Below are positions 29,061 through 39,246 of a stretch of DNA of 64,000 nucleotides, one piece after another. The DNA is taken from positions 188,203 to 252,202 of the forward strand of contig VMGF01000001.1 in assembly GCA_007376445.1 (NCBI GenBank), in the 5' to 3' direction. Positions within the stretch are counted from its first letter, which is position 1. Each line of letters opens with the position of its first letter. The stretch is from Parcubacteria group bacterium Gr01-1014_3 (lineage in GTDB: Bacteria > Patescibacteriota > Minisyncoccia > UBA6257 > WO2-44-18). The notes below the pieces were generated by a model. It ran no database searches and was not told where the DNA came from. It saw only the letters and a list, made by a program, of their open reading frames with translations. A program made the position numbers and the translations under genes.

Positions 29061-29564
29061 ATCGCAAATATCCGAATCAACAATCAAATAACGGCTCCAG
29101 AGGTGCGAGTTACCGACGAAATGGCTCAGTTCATTGGCGTAATGCCGATAGCAGGGGCCTTGAAGCTGGCGAAAGAGAAAGGGATGGATCTCATCGAGAT
29201 CGCTCCCACCGCCAAGCCGCCGGTAGTCCGCGTCATGAGCTTCGATAAATTCCGCTATCAGCAGGAGAAGAAGAGAAAGAAGGAGCGCTCCCAGCAGAAA
29301 GTACAGGAATTGAAGCAGATCCAGATCAGCCCGCGCGAAGCTCTCCACGACCTTCAGGTAAAGATGAAAAAGATCGAGGAATTCCTCGCCGAAGGGCATC
29401 AGATCACGATCATCATGGTTTTGAGGGGCCGGGAAAAGGGAAATAAAGATTACGCGATGGGTAAATTAAAAGATTTCGCGAAGATGATCCCAGTTGAATT
29501 CAAAGTGATCATGGAGCCGAAGATCGGCGGACGCGGCATCGCGATGCTAATAACTAAAAAATAG
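29061..29564 (+). CDS. infC: translation initiation factor IF-3, probable ATC start
   Basis: IRINNQI..PEVRV, DLIEIAP.AKPPV; no in-frame canonical start near the N-terminus. Confidence 0.92.
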   Translation: MANIRINNQITAPEVRVTDEMAQFIGVMPIAGALKLAKEKGMDLIEIAPTAKPPVVRVMSFDKFRYQQEKKRKKERSQQKVQELKQIQISPREALHDLQVKMKKIEEFLAEGHQITIIMVLRGREKGNKDYAMGKLKDFAKMIPVEFKVIMEPKIGGRGIAMLITKK

Positions 29565-29597
29565 TTCGATAAACTCACTATAAATAAAAAAAATAAA

Positions 29598-29774
29598 ATG
29601 GCAAAAAAATCAGTTACAACTCGAATCAGAATCACCCGAACCGGCAAAATGATCCGGCGTAGAATGGGCGCTAATCACTTCCTCGCCAAAAAGACGGGGA
29701 AGCAGATCAGCAATAAAAAGAACCAAGCCGTCATCGCGGCGGTAGATCTCCGCGCCTTGCAAAGATACCGGTAA
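29598..29774 (+). CDS. rpmI: 50S ribosomal protein L35
   Basis: Manual translation MAKKSVTTRIRITRTGKMIRRRMGANHFLAKK...; located between infC and rplT. Confidence 0.9.
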   Translation: MAKKSVTTRIRITRTGKMIRRRMGANHFLAKKTGKQISNKKNQAVIAAVDLRALQRYR

Positions 29775-29799
29775 ACGAGTACAATATCTCAATTAACCA

Positions 29800-30144
29800 A
29801 TGACCAGAGTCAAACGAGGCGTAGTTGCCCACAAAAAAAGAGAGCGCCGGTTGAAAGCCACTAAAGGCTATCGCTGGGGCCGCAGCACCAAAGAGAAGGC
29901 CGCTAAAGAAGCGCTTACTCATGCTTATACCCACATGTTCCGTGGCCGCAAGGAAAGGAAGCGTGATTTCCGCGCCCTTTGGAATGTGAAGATCAACGCG
30001 GCTATCCGCCCGCTCGGCATGAACTACAATCAGTTCATCTCCGCTCTCAAAAAGAAGAGCATTAAGTTAGATCGTAAGATATTGGCCCATATGGCCGAGT
30101 TCGAACCAAAAGTCTTCGGCAAAGTAGTGGAAGCAGTGAAATAG
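29800..30144 (+). CDS. rplT: 50S ribosomal protein L20
   Basis: MTRVKRG, RKRDFRALW..INAA. Confidence 0.97.
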   Translation: MTRVKRGVVAHKKRERRLKATKGYRWGRSTKEKAAKEALTHAYTHMFRGRKERKRDFRALWNVKINAAIRPLGMNYNQFISALKKKSIKLDRKILAHMAEFEPKVFGKVVEAVK

Positions 30145-30179
30145 TTCGGCAAAGCTCACTACAAGTAAAAAACCCCGAC

Positions 30180-30587
30180 TTATGTCGGGGTTTTGGTTTT
30201 CGGCCAAGGCCAGAGCACTTCTCCGGTCTCGAGGTCCTTCACTTCGGCCAGCAGTCCCATTTGACCTTCCGGGTCAACGGAGAATATCAGACGCTCCCAC
30301 CAGTTATCATCGCTCTTGTTATGCTCCGGTGGCGGACTGAACATAACGATCGTCTCGGCATGCTCATCCTTAATCTCCTCCTTCTTATAAAGCGTCCAGC
30401 CATCCTTAAGAACAATCACCCGCTTGTCAGCGTCATAAAAATCCAGCTTTTTTAACTGGATGGAATCCTTTCGGCCATCTCGCCGTTCGTACTTAAACTC
30501 AATGCCGGTATTGGGCGGACGAGTGACGTCTTCCTGGATCGAATAAAATTCAAAGGGCACATTGAACCGAAGCTGGTACTTGGCCAT
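30180..30587 (-). CDS. hypothetical protein
   Basis: Start MAKYQL after SD GAGGAGG; TATAAT promoter. Confidence 0.7.
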   Translation of the reverse strand: MAKYQLRFNVPFEFYSIQEDVTRPPNTGIEFKYERRDGRKDSIQLKKLDFYDADKRVIVLKDGWTLYKKEEIKDEHAETIVMFSPPPEHNKSDDNWWERLIFSVDPEGQMGLLAEVKDLETGEVLWPWPKTKTPT

Positions 30588-30658
30588 TCGGCGCCTCCTC
30601 AAAGAACGACAACATTATACAACACAATAAATAAAAGTACAAATTCGAAACCGGAATC

Positions 30659-31135
30659 TTAAACCGTTGGGGCTTTTGGCGCTGGCTTTGGGGCGCGGTT
30701 CGGAGCCGCTGGGCCACGATGTAAAAAGTCGTAAACATTCTGGAGAATTTTTATATTTTCTTTATATTTGATCATCAGTTTTTTCGCGTCGTTGAATGAG
30801 AACCAGCCATAGCCCTCATGTTCGTGAGATACGGTGATCTGCGGCTGGCGGGTTTCCGCTAAATATAAAATGACAATTTTTAAAACTTTTTCTTTACCGC
30901 GCGTGAGGAAAAACCGCTCATAAGTTTTAAAGTTCTCGATGAATTTGAGCTCGCTGGATTTTAAGCCAGTCTCTTCCCGGACTTCCCGTAAAGCCGTCTG
31001 CCAGCTCCGCTCGGACATTTCCATTTTGCCTTTGGCGAAATTCCAATATCCATGGCCGTGATAAAGCAACAAAAACTTCGGCCCCTCTGGGGTCTTACGA
31101 AAGATGATTATTCCTGCTGAAATGATTTTTGGCAT
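30659..31135 (-). CDS. NUDIX hydrolase (Ap4A hydrolase-like)
   Basis: SAGII, W.F.KG..E..E....TALREV.EETG. Confidence 0.9.
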   Translation of the reverse strand: MPKIISAGIIIFRKTPEGPKFLLLYHGHGYWNFAKGKMEMSERSWQTALREVREETGLKSSELKFIENFKTYERFFLTRGKEKVLKIVILYLAETRQPQITVSHEHEGYGWFSFNDAKKLMIKYKENIKILQNVYDFLHRGPAAPNRAPKPAPKAPTV

Positions 31136-31189
31136 ATTATTTTAGAATTTTACCACGGAATGAATCACCCCGCTATTTACGGGGTGATG

Positions 31190-31354
31190 TTATTCCTCTA
31201 CGTTTTTCTTATTTCGGCGCATCCACAAAGCCAACACGACATACACAACCACTCCGAATATCGCCAAGCCGCCGATCTTATAACAACCAATTGAGAACAT
31301 AAACGACGCAAATATCATTACTACCGAAAGGATGATCGCCTCTATCATGCCCAT
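31190..31354 (-). CDS. 54-aa two-TM protein (not in ORF track)
   Basis: MGMIEAIILSVVMIFASF...LALWMRRNKKNVEE; promoter, GAGG and terminator present. Confidence 0.55.
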   Translation of the reverse strand: MGMIEAIILSVVMIFASFMFSIGCYKIGGLAIFGVVVYVVLALWMRRNKKNVEE

Positions 31355-31425
31355 TTGCTCGTCCTCAAAGTACGCTCATATCATACCAGGTTTTTTCAGA
31401 AAATAAAAGACCCCGTTTATAGGGG

Positions 31426-31818
31426 TCATAGGTCGTCGGATATCATTAAATCGGCGCCACAGCCGCACTTCACCATCTGGATCTGCCCAATGCTGGTGTT
31501 GGTAAAAGTGAATGTAAACGCGCCGCCGATCGCTCCCTGATACTTTCCACGATTCTTACAGGGATGCTCGTCCTGCCACTTACGGACTTTTTGCATATCA
31601 AGATTGTCTATAAGGAACATTGTCCCTATAAATGAAGAGTTGTCTTTGGTGTCTATAATTTCATACGCTCGCAAAGTTACACCTAGAGCATGCGCCCAAT
31701 GCTGAAATCCTTTAAATTGCTTTTCGTATTTCGTAATCAGTGGCTCCCCGACTTTCCAGCCTTTTTCCTGAATAGTTAATCCATATTCTAAAAGCGCCTT
31801 CATCATGGCTTCATCCAT
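31426..31818 (-). CDS. hypothetical protein (phage-like C-terminus GAIGG..TF.F..TSIG....VKC.CG)
   Basis: SD AAGGAG, own promoter and terminator. Confidence 0.7.
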   Translation of the reverse strand: MDEAMMKALLEYGLTIQEKGWKVGEPLITKYEKQFKGFQHWAHALGVTLRAYEIIDTKDNSSFIGTMFLIDNLDMQKVRKWQDEHPCKNRGKYQGAIGGAFTFTFTNTSIGQIQMVKCGCGADLMISDDL

Positions 31819-31852
31819 AGACTCTCCTTTCAATGAGCGTTCCTAGAATATA

Positions 31853-33610
31853 CTACTTTTTCAAGAAACTCAACATCTTCTCTACTGGCCAGGCATTGAT
31901 GATGTCTTTTTTCTCCGCCCAGCCGCGGCGAGCCTGGGCGATGCCATATTCGATAGAAGAGAAATGATTAGCGGTATGCGAATCGGAATCGATCGCCATC
32001 TTCACTCCGGCTTCCACGCATTTCTTGATATATTCGTCTTTAAGATCAGCCCGCTCCGAGGCGTTGATCTCTAGTATAGTACCCGTTTCTTTAGCGACTT
32101 TAATGATCTCATCCATATCTACCGCGTAAGGTTCGCGGCGCTGGAGGATGCGGCCAGTCGGATGGAAAAGAATATCCACGTTCGGATTCCGCATCGCCCG
32201 GACAATACGCGCGGTCTGTTCTTTTTGCGGGAGATTAAAGAGCGAATGTACTGACGCGCCAACCACATCCAACTTCGACAAAATCGAATCCGGCAGATCC
32301 ATTGAGCCGTCCTTCAAAATATCGCATTCACTACCCTTCAAAATTCTTAGTTTTAAGTTTTTAGTTTTTAGTTTTAAGTTTAATGCGTCGATCTCTGCCA
32401 TTTGCTTCAGGATCCGTTTTTCATCCAAGCCATTGGTCATCGCTAGTCGCTTAGTGTGATCCGTAATGGCGATATATTCCAAGCCATCCTTAATTGCCGC
32501 TTCCGCCATCTCTTCGATCGAATTTTCGCCATCGGTCCAGTTGGTCTGAATTTGAAGGTCGCCTTTTATCTCGCCGTATTTGATAAGTTTCGGCAGTCCG
32601 TTGGGTTTACCCTGAGCTTGTCGAAGGGAGGCCTCAATCTCACCCGTCATCTCCCGCATCTCCGGTTCGATATAGTCCATTCCCAACGCCTCATAGATCT
32701 CCTCTTCGGTCTTTCCGGCTATCAGCTTCCCTCGCTTCTCGGCGGTGCCTTTAAAAAGGCCGTATTCGCTCAGAGTTAAGCCTTTTTTGATGGCGATCTG
32801 CCGGAGCGCGACATTGTGGGTTTTAGAACCGGTAAAATAATTTAAAGCTGCTCCATAGGACTCCTCAGGCAAAACCCGCAGATCGGCATTCATGCCATTT
32901 CTTAATTTAACTGACGATTTGGTATCTCCATGCGCTAAAACCTTCAAAACTTCCGGCATCGCCACAAAATAATCCATGATTTCCTTGGGCTTGTCAGAAA
33001 TCACTAAAAAATCAGCGTCGCCAATAGTTTCTTTGCGCCGGCGCGTCGATCCCGCCACCTCAACTCGTTTCACATTATTTAAACCTCTTAGTCGATTCTG
33101 TATTTGTCGGATTCCCGGCATTACGGAACCGATCAAAAATCTCCCGCCGAAGCTTTTAGCAAATCCAATACCCTTTAATATATTTTCCTCGCTCTTCGGA
33201 CCGAAACCGGCTAACTTGCCGATCTTTCCAGCTTTCGCCGCCTTTTCCAGGTCAGCCATATCTTTGATGCCAAGTTTTTGATAAAGCTTTTTAATCCCCT
33301 TTGGTCCAAGTCCTTCTATTTTGGAAAGTTCCGATAAATTAACCGGAGTTTTCTTTTTAAGCTGGTCATAATATTTCAGCTTGCCAGTTTTTAAAAGCTC
33401 TTCGATCTTTTCCGCGATCGACAAACCGACACCCTGAATCTCTTCCACGGCTTTCAGTCCGCCTTTTTTGTAAATTTCCAAAACCGGCTCTTCCAAAGAC
33501 TCGATCACTTGAGCGACTTTCTCATAAGCGCGCGGCTTAAAAGGCACCTCTTGCATCTCTAAGTACTCGCCAACTTCGTATAGAATTTTGGCAATCGAAT
33601 TATTATCCAT
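31853..33610 (-). CDS. polX: DNA polymerase X / PHP 3'-5' exonuclease
   Basis: AGSTRR.KETIGD.D, YFTGSK.HN, PHP motifs TDH, HPTGR, DSH. Confidence 0.95.
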   Translation of the reverse strand: MDNNSIAKILYEVGEYLEMQEVPFKPRAYEKVAQVIESLEEPVLEIYKKGGLKAVEEIQGVGLSIAEKIEELLKTGKLKYYDQLKKKTPVNLSELSKIEGLGPKGIKKLYQKLGIKDMADLEKAAKAGKIGKLAGFGPKSEENILKGIGFAKSFGGRFLIGSVMPGIRQIQNRLRGLNNVKRVEVAGSTRRRKETIGDADFLVISDKPKEIMDYFVAMPEVLKVLAHGDTKSSVKLRNGMNADLRVLPEESYGAALNYFTGSKTHNVALRQIAIKKGLTLSEYGLFKGTAEKRGKLIAGKTEEEIYEALGMDYIEPEMREMTGEIEASLRQAQGKPNGLPKLIKYGEIKGDLQIQTNWTDGENSIEEMAEAAIKDGLEYIAITDHTKRLAMTNGLDEKRILKQMAEIDALNLKLKTKNLKLRILKGSECDILKDGSMDLPDSILSKLDVVGASVHSLFNLPQKEQTARIVRAMRNPNVDILFHPTGRILQRREPYAVDMDEIIKVAKETGTILEINASERADLKDEYIKKCVEAGVKMAIDSDSHTANHFSSIEYGIAQARRGWAEKKDIINAWPVEKMLSFLKK

Positions 33611-33623
33611 GGCTTCAAATATT

Positions 33624-34277
33624 CTAGTTTCTAGATTCTATTTTCCCCTTATCCGGAAAAACTTTTTCCAGATGATTTTTGGCAAGCAGTTTTTTACGAA
33701 TACCAAGCAATAAGAAGGCCGACAAGAACGCGAAGGCCGAAGCGCCTATAAACAAGAGGTCGAAGCCGTAGCTATCGGCGATATAACCGCCCAAAGCGGT
33801 CGCGGCGGCGGCGGAAAGGCCGACGGCAAAGACGCTATCCAAACTCCACTCATAGCTCACCCGCCACTTATCCACGTGCCGGGTAAAGATCCCGTACCAG
33901 GCCGGAACGGCCCAGGCCATACAAAAACCAAACCAAGCATTGATCGCGTAAAGATGCCACGGCTCAGTAGCGAAAAGATAACCGAGTGGCGCGAAGCCGG
34001 CGAAGAAATATCCGGCCACCATCGCCCAAAAATCATCTTTTTCACCATCAGTCTTATCCAAAAACTTGGCGATCGGGAGCTGAATCACCGACTTGGTCAA
34101 CCAATAAAAGGCTGTAGCGAAGCCAACCACCTTAGCGGACCCACCAGTGATAGAATTGGTTATAAAAATAGCCAAAACCGGCGCGAATGAGGCAAAGGCG
34201 AAGTTAAAAAAGAAATCCGCGATCACCAGCAGGCGCACTACCTTATTAATGTGAAAATCAATTTTGAAAAAATCCAT
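33624..34277 (-). CDS. half-size MFS transporter
   Basis: Six TM segments with an MFS-like loop. Confidence 0.75.
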   Translation of the reverse strand: MDFFKIDFHINKVVRLLVIADFFFNFAFASFAPVLAIFITNSITGGSAKVVGFATAFYWLTKSVIQLPIAKFLDKTDGEKDDFWAMVAGYFFAGFAPLGYLFATEPWHLYAINAWFGFCMAWAVPAWYGIFTRHVDKWRVSYEWSLDSVFAVGLSAAAATALGGYIADSYGFDLLFIGASAFAFLSAFLLLGIRKKLLAKNHLEKVFPDKGKIESRN

Positions 34278-34290
34278 ATGTTCATTATAC

Positions 34291-34878
34291 CTAAAAAGTG
34301 GGTTTCCCGTCTTTCTTTAACAATTCATCAGCTTTTTCGACTATTTTCGGTAAACGCTTCAGGCTCTGCTTAAAAAGATTCAAAGTTTCCGTGGATCGAA
34401 GCGCGGCGGCAGGATGAAAGGCGGGCACAAGCAATCTTTTCTTGCCTATGAACACTTTACCCTGATCCCGAGTGATCTTGGCCTCCGGGAGGAAGTAATT
34501 AAGCGAAAACCTGCCGAGTGTAACAATAATTTTTGGATCTATGATGTCTATTTGCCTGGTCAGATATGGTTTGTAGGCCGCGATCTCATCGGGCAAAGGA
34601 TCCCGGTTATCTGGTGGTCGGCGCTTCACGATATTGGTTATATAAACGTCTTCGCGCTTGATACCAACCTCGCCCAGGGTCTTTGTAAGAAGTTGGCCGG
34701 AGCGGCCCACGAATGGACGCTTAAGTTCATCCTCGGTTTTTCCCGGCGCTTCACCGATGAATAAAATATCGCAATCAATATTGCCTTCACCGAAAACTAG
34801 ATTGGATTCCTGAAGCGGCAAGGCTTTGTCGGCTAAAATTTCTGCCTCCAGTTCTTTTAGTTTCTCCGCCTTGAGCAT
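34291..34878 (-). CDS. uracil-DNA glycosylase family 4
   Basis: IGEAPG, PFVGRSG, RPPDNR.P, HPAA. Confidence 0.93.
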   Translation of the reverse strand: MLKAEKLKELEAEILADKALPLQESNLVFGEGNIDCDILFIGEAPGKTEDELKRPFVGRSGQLLTKTLGEVGIKREDVYITNIVKRRPPDNRDPLPDEIAAYKPYLTRQIDIIDPKIIVTLGRFSLNYFLPEAKITRDQGKVFIGKKRLLVPAFHPAAALRSTETLNLFKQSLKRLPKIVEKADELLKKDGKPTF

Positions 34879-35026
34879 GCACTGATTATATCTTTTAAAT
34901 TTTCAATTCTCAATTTTGCAATTTTCAGTCAATTTTCAATGAATGAAAGGTCAATTCACTTAAATTAAGCTTATTAAACCTTGAATGAAAATTGGTATTT
35001 GGAAATTGATAATTAAAAACCCGCCA

Positions 35027-35662
35027 TTAGGCGGGGTTAATTTCCTTCTTGGTAAAAATCTTATACAGAAGCCGAAGCGACCAGACGGTCATAGCGGCCG
35101 CGATTACTAGAGAAATGATCGAATCGATGATGGGCTGGTTGAAGATCAGGATCAAGAAAGCTCCCAGGATCACCGCGCAGCTCTGCCAAAGATCGGAGAG
35201 GATATGGAGATGGAGAGCGTCATGTCCTTCATGCTCTGATTCGCTCGACTCCAGAATTTGAGCCTGCCAATAATTCCCGACAGCTCCAATGATCGCCACG
35301 ATGATCAGCGGTAATGGAATAACTTGGCGGGGCGATTCAATGCGCTCAATCGCTTCCAGCACCAGAAAAACCACGATACCGAGGATCAAGATAGCATTCA
35401 CGAAAGCGCCCAGTTTTCTCGCGAAGTTTCTCCGTCCCGGCTTCTTATTGCCAATATGTTCAGCAATGATAGCCACGCTGATCGCGCCAGCATCGGTCAA
35501 TACGTGAACGGCATCAGAAAGTAACGCTAAGCTATTGGAAACAATGGCTCCTAAAATCTCTATCAGAATTATAACGCTGGCTATGGCCAAGATCAGCCAA
35601 TAACGCTTGATATCGCATCTGCAGGGATCCCGAAGACAGCTCCGGAAGTGAGTATCCAACAA
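35027..35662 (-). CDS. cation diffusion facilitator (CzcD-like), lacking C-terminal domain
   Basis: SLALLSDAVHVLTD, LHILSD. Confidence 0.85.
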   Translation of the reverse strand: MLDTHFRSCLRDPCRCDIKRYWLILAIASVIILIEILGAIVSNSLALLSDAVHVLTDAGAISVAIIAEHIGNKKPGRRNFARKLGAFVNAILILGIVVFLVLEAIERIESPRQVIPLPLIIVAIIGAVGNYWQAQILESSESEHEGHDALHLHILSDLWQSCAVILGAFLILIFNQPIIDSIISLVIAAAMTVWSLRLLYKIFTKKEINPA

Positions 35663-35720
35663 TCACCTCTATTTAAAGAATCTGGCCTCACTCTAACAAA
35701 TTGAAGGAAAAAATAAAGTG

Positions 35721-35791
35721 TGCGCCCGCGAGGAATTGAACCTCGGCCTCATCCTTCGGAGGGATGCGTTATTCCGCTTAACTACGGGCGC
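35721..35791 (-). tRNA. tRNA-Arg(CCG)
   Basis: GCGCCCG acceptor; anticodon arm CATCC-CTCCGAA-GGATG. Confidence 0.93.
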
Positions 35792-35845
35792 TTGCCAGTA
35801 CTATAAGGCTTTGGTATCATTTTTTCTAGTTCTTAGGAGGTGTCT

Positions 35846-36286
35846 ATGAGACAGGCGCGAATCGCGCTGATTGCGATCTTAGCCGTTACGGCAAGTATTT
35901 TTTCGACTGGATGCTTCTTACTTGGAAAGCAAAAACCCACGAAACAGGAGAGTGCCTGGCCTCCCGAGCGCCTACCAACGCTTTGCGGTGAGCATAAGAA
36001 TGGCGTCTGGACGATGGATGTGGGCAAGTGTGGTTATTGCAGTGGCGAGACTTCAAGTGGCGCGTTCAAGTTCTGCACTAAGTGTGCCGAGCATCTCGGA
36101 GTATGCCAATACTGCGAAAAGCGCCTCAGAATCTGCGATGAATGCACAAAACGAGGCTTCTGCGCATCTGAAACAGGAAAGTGTGAGTATTGCGGAGCAG
36201 AAACGCGCATCGATGCATATCGTATATGCGAATCCTGCGCCTACAAGAAAAATCAGTGCAAGGTGTGCGGTAAGGCTATGAAGTAA
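35846..36286 (+). CDS. Cys-rich putative lipoprotein with two zinc-finger repeats
   Basis: Lipobox-like STGC; seven CxxC plus one CxxH; SD AGGAGG. Confidence 0.75.
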   Translation: MRQARIALIAILAVTASIFSTGCFLLGKQKPTKQESAWPPERLPTLCGEHKNGVWTMDVGKCGYCSGETSSGAFKFCTKCAEHLGVCQYCEKRLRICDECTKRGFCASETGKCEYCGAETRIDAYRICESCAYKKNQCKVCGKAMK

Positions 36287-36291
36287 GCCTA

Positions 36292-37617
36292 TTACCCGGT
36301 CAGACGACCGGGTTTTTTATTTGCTAAAACCAACGCAATCACCAACCACAACATAATTCTTCCGGGCTGAAGAGTCCAAAGAAAGTGATCGAAAAGACCG
36401 AGCAGTAATAATGCCGAGAGCATTGTTGTGGTAATTAGTAATTGGTCATTGGTCATTGGAGCTTTTTTGAAAATTGAAAATTTAAAATTGAAAATTAATA
36501 AACGTCCCAAAAATATCAAAATTGCCAATAACCCTAAAACGCCTACCTCCGACGCTATCAATAAATAGATATTATGTATCGGCTGCCACTGCCAAACTTC
36601 GTTCATGCCAAAGCGCTGATAAACTTCATTTTTGACCGCGTATAAAACCTGATTACCAACACCTACTCCAAGCGGCCGGCTTTTAATAAGTTCAAATGCC
36701 AGCTGGTTATAAGAAATCCTCTGAGTGACAGACGGTTCGCTGACTGAAACCGCCGCGCGCGGAAAAATATACTGCCCGAAGCTAAAGATCAGCAAAATAG
36801 ATATGGCTACTAAAAATATTGCCAAGCGAATACCTTGCCGGAAATTTTCCCTTGAGAAGATCGCCTTGAGTAAGAAAACTGCGAGGATGAATCCGCCGAC
36901 CAGCCAGGCGGCGCGGGAAAACGCCATCACCAATCCCAGCGAAACTGCGAAAATCGGCAAGCCAAATTTAAGATCGCTCAGAATACCATCTTTGCCTGCG
37001 ACGATCGGTCGTTTTAGCCAAAAATAACAGAGAGAGATCAAACCGAGCAATAAAAACGCGGCAAGAATGTTCGGGTGCGGAAATGTGCCGTAAGCCCGGA
37101 GAATCCGGAAACCTTCCACGACGATCTTCGAAGCGCCTCCGATCGTTGGGCCAACTACCGGCTCGCCCAACCAAATAAGTCCCAGGCTTTTTTGGAAAAT
37201 GAACTGACCGAGTGCGATGACCGATTGAATCACGGCCGCGATCGCTATGCCGCCAAATATCCACTCTGTTTTCAAAAATTCTTTTTGAATAAGAATCGCC
37301 GTGGAGACCGCGGCCAGAATCACTAAGAGCAGTCTCGCGAAACTATAAAGGGCGAGCGGCGCGGAAAAAGCGGAGAAAACTGAAATAAAAGCAATCACTA
37401 AAAATCCGGCAATTGAAATATTGGAAAATTTAAAAATTGATTTAAAATTTAAAATTAAAAATTTAAAATTACCAAATACTAAAAGTAATAAAACTAAGTC
37501 GCTCAGATATAGAAAAAAAGACTCGTACTCATCAAACCCCGGCGTGATATGGCCAAGCAGTTTTCTTGTGCCAAAAGTCAGAATAACTATCGAAATATAA
37601 ACTAACCATCGGATCAT
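36292..37617 (-). CDS. O-antigen ligase-like membrane protein
   Basis: RAYGTFPHPN, FSRAAW, PIHNIYL...E.G, LFDHFLWT. Confidence 0.88.
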   Translation of the reverse strand: MIRWLVYISIVILTFGTRKLLGHITPGFDEYESFFLYLSDLVLLLLVFGNFKFLILNFKSIFKFSNISIAGFLVIAFISVFSAFSAPLALYSFARLLLVILAAVSTAILIQKEFLKTEWIFGGIAIAAVIQSVIALGQFIFQKSLGLIWLGEPVVGPTIGGASKIVVEGFRILRAYGTFPHPNILAAFLLLGLISLCYFWLKRPIVAGKDGILSDLKFGLPIFAVSLGLVMAFSRAAWLVGGFILAVFLLKAIFSRENFRQGIRLAIFLVAISILLIFSFGQYIFPRAAVSVSEPSVTQRISYNQLAFELIKSRPLGVGVGNQVLYAVKNEVYQRFGMNEVWQWQPIHNIYLLIASEVGVLGLLAILIFLGRLLIFNFKFSIFKKAPMTNDQLLITTTMLSALLLLGLFDHFLWTLQPGRIMLWLVIALVLANKKPGRLTG

Positions 37618-37624
37618 CTTCTAA

Positions 37625-38749
37625 TTATAACCGGGAAACGATTTGGTGTATCAGCACTACCGAAAAAACTGAAACGAGAGCCCAAGCTAAAGGCGAGAAG
37701 CGGCCTTTTAACTTCTGCCACATCAGGGCGATCATAATCCCCTCAATGGACAATAAGATTCCTCCAACCAAACTGATCAAGCCAAGAAAACTGGATAAAT
37801 TCGCGAAATATAAACCCAGCGGCACTCCGAGCACCGCCAAGACCATCAGCCAAGACGGGAATTTCAAATCCGTCTTAAGAACATGCTTAATATCAAAACC
37901 AGCTGCGACATAAGAACTTAATAATGAGATGATCCCTAAAACCCCGATGGTCAGTGCTAGCCAGTTCGGTACCCGCCCATCGGCGGGCAAGCTTGCCGAC
38001 AAGCCAGTAATTGAATCTTCGCTCGCGATTGGCGTCAAACCGATCATACCAATCACAAACAATCCATAAACAACGGCCGGGATGATCGTGCCTAGCGAAA
38101 TAGCCAGACTCGCTTTTTTGAGAGGTTCCTTTTCTCCACGAAAAAGATCGGCGACGGCGTGTAGGCCAACGCGCCCGGAAAGCGCGAACAGGATCGGCGC
38201 GATCGGCGCCAAAAGACCAAGCGAACCACTGCTTAAAAAAGAAAATTCGTTCAGCCTAGCAAAACCAAGATAATGCACCAGAATAATGATCGCTAAGATC
38301 AGAATAGCGATAATGAATTCGATGGAAGCCAGCCGACGCAAACCGATAAAAATTATTGCAGAGCCGAAAAGCCAAAAGATGACCACCTTCAACCAGTCAG
38401 CGATACCCGGGAATAATAAGTTCGCAAAGCTGACTGACAGAATAAGATAAATCGTCAAAACTAAAAATATCTCCACCACCGCTATTAAGATCGCCAGCCA
38501 AAATCCGCCCTTACCGAAATATTTTTCTGAAAAACCCACAAAACGGTGCTCGGCTTTTGAGCTGAAGATAATTTCCGCGTACATCCGGTGAATGATGGTG
38601 TATACCAGGGCGGCCAGCGCCAAATAAAAAAATCCGAGCTTAAAACTCGAATTCTGGAAAACATACGGAAGGGCAAAAACTCCCGCGCCGATGATCGTGC
38701 TGACCAATAAACCGGTCGCCAGAAAGAAATTTTTAATGGTCTTCGTCAT
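37625..38749 (-). CDS. aromatic amino acid permease family transporter
   Basis: STIIGAGVFALPY, about 11 TM segments. Confidence 0.85.
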   Translation of the reverse strand: MTKTIKNFFLATGLLVSTIIGAGVFALPYVFQNSSFKLGFFYLALAALVYTIIHRMYAEIIFSSKAEHRFVGFSEKYFGKGGFWLAILIAVVEIFLVLTIYLILSVSFANLLFPGIADWLKVVIFWLFGSAIIFIGLRRLASIEFIIAILILAIIILVHYLGFARLNEFSFLSSGSLGLLAPIAPILFALSGRVGLHAVADLFRGEKEPLKKASLAISLGTIIPAVVYGLFVIGMIGLTPIASEDSITGLSASLPADGRVPNWLALTIGVLGIISLLSSYVAAGFDIKHVLKTDLKFPSWLMVLAVLGVPLGLYFANLSSFLGLISLVGGILLSIEGIMIALMWQKLKGRFSPLAWALVSVFSVVLIHQIVSRL

Positions 38750-39245
38750 CCCGCGCGGCAACGCCCTGGAGCTTCTTCACAAATTTATGCTCGATGTACC
38801 ACATCACCACCAGCACGAAGATCGTTAAAGCCGTTGAAAAAAGAGCGATCGAATACAGCTTATAACCTACTGCCATGCCGATCGCCGCCGCTACCCAGAG
38901 TCCGGCCGCGGTCGTTAAGCCCTTCACCTTGGACTGACTAAAAATGATCGAACCGCCGCCGATAAAACCGATACCGACAACGACCTGGGAAGCGATACGA
39001 GATGGATCAAATCCTGACAATCCGATCAAGGATTTAAACCCGTAATTGGAAATAACTGAAAACATCGCCGCTCCAAGCGCTACCAGCGCGAATGTGCGCA
39101 TACCAGCGGTTTTTTTGGCTAATTCTCTTTCAAAACCGATCAGTCCACCCAATAAAACAGCCAAGGAAAGCTGCATGAAGATCTCTAAGATATCGCGCTC
39201 GGTTCCCGTAAATATTCCAGAAAGAAAATTTAATATAAAATCCAT
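38733..39245 (-). CDS. MgtC/SapB family protein
   Basis: IGFERE, AGMRTF, DPSRIASQVV.GIGF.G, GLTTAA. Confidence 0.93.
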   Translation of the reverse strand: MDFILNFLSGIFTGTERDILEIFMQLSLAVLLGGLIGFERELAKKTAGMRTFALVALGAAMFSVISNYGFKSLIGLSGFDPSRIASQVVVGIGFIGGGSIIFSQSKVKGLTTAAGLWVAAAIGMAVGYKLYSIALFSTALTIFVLVVMWYIEHKFVKKLQGVAARDDEDH

Positions 39246-39246
39246 T

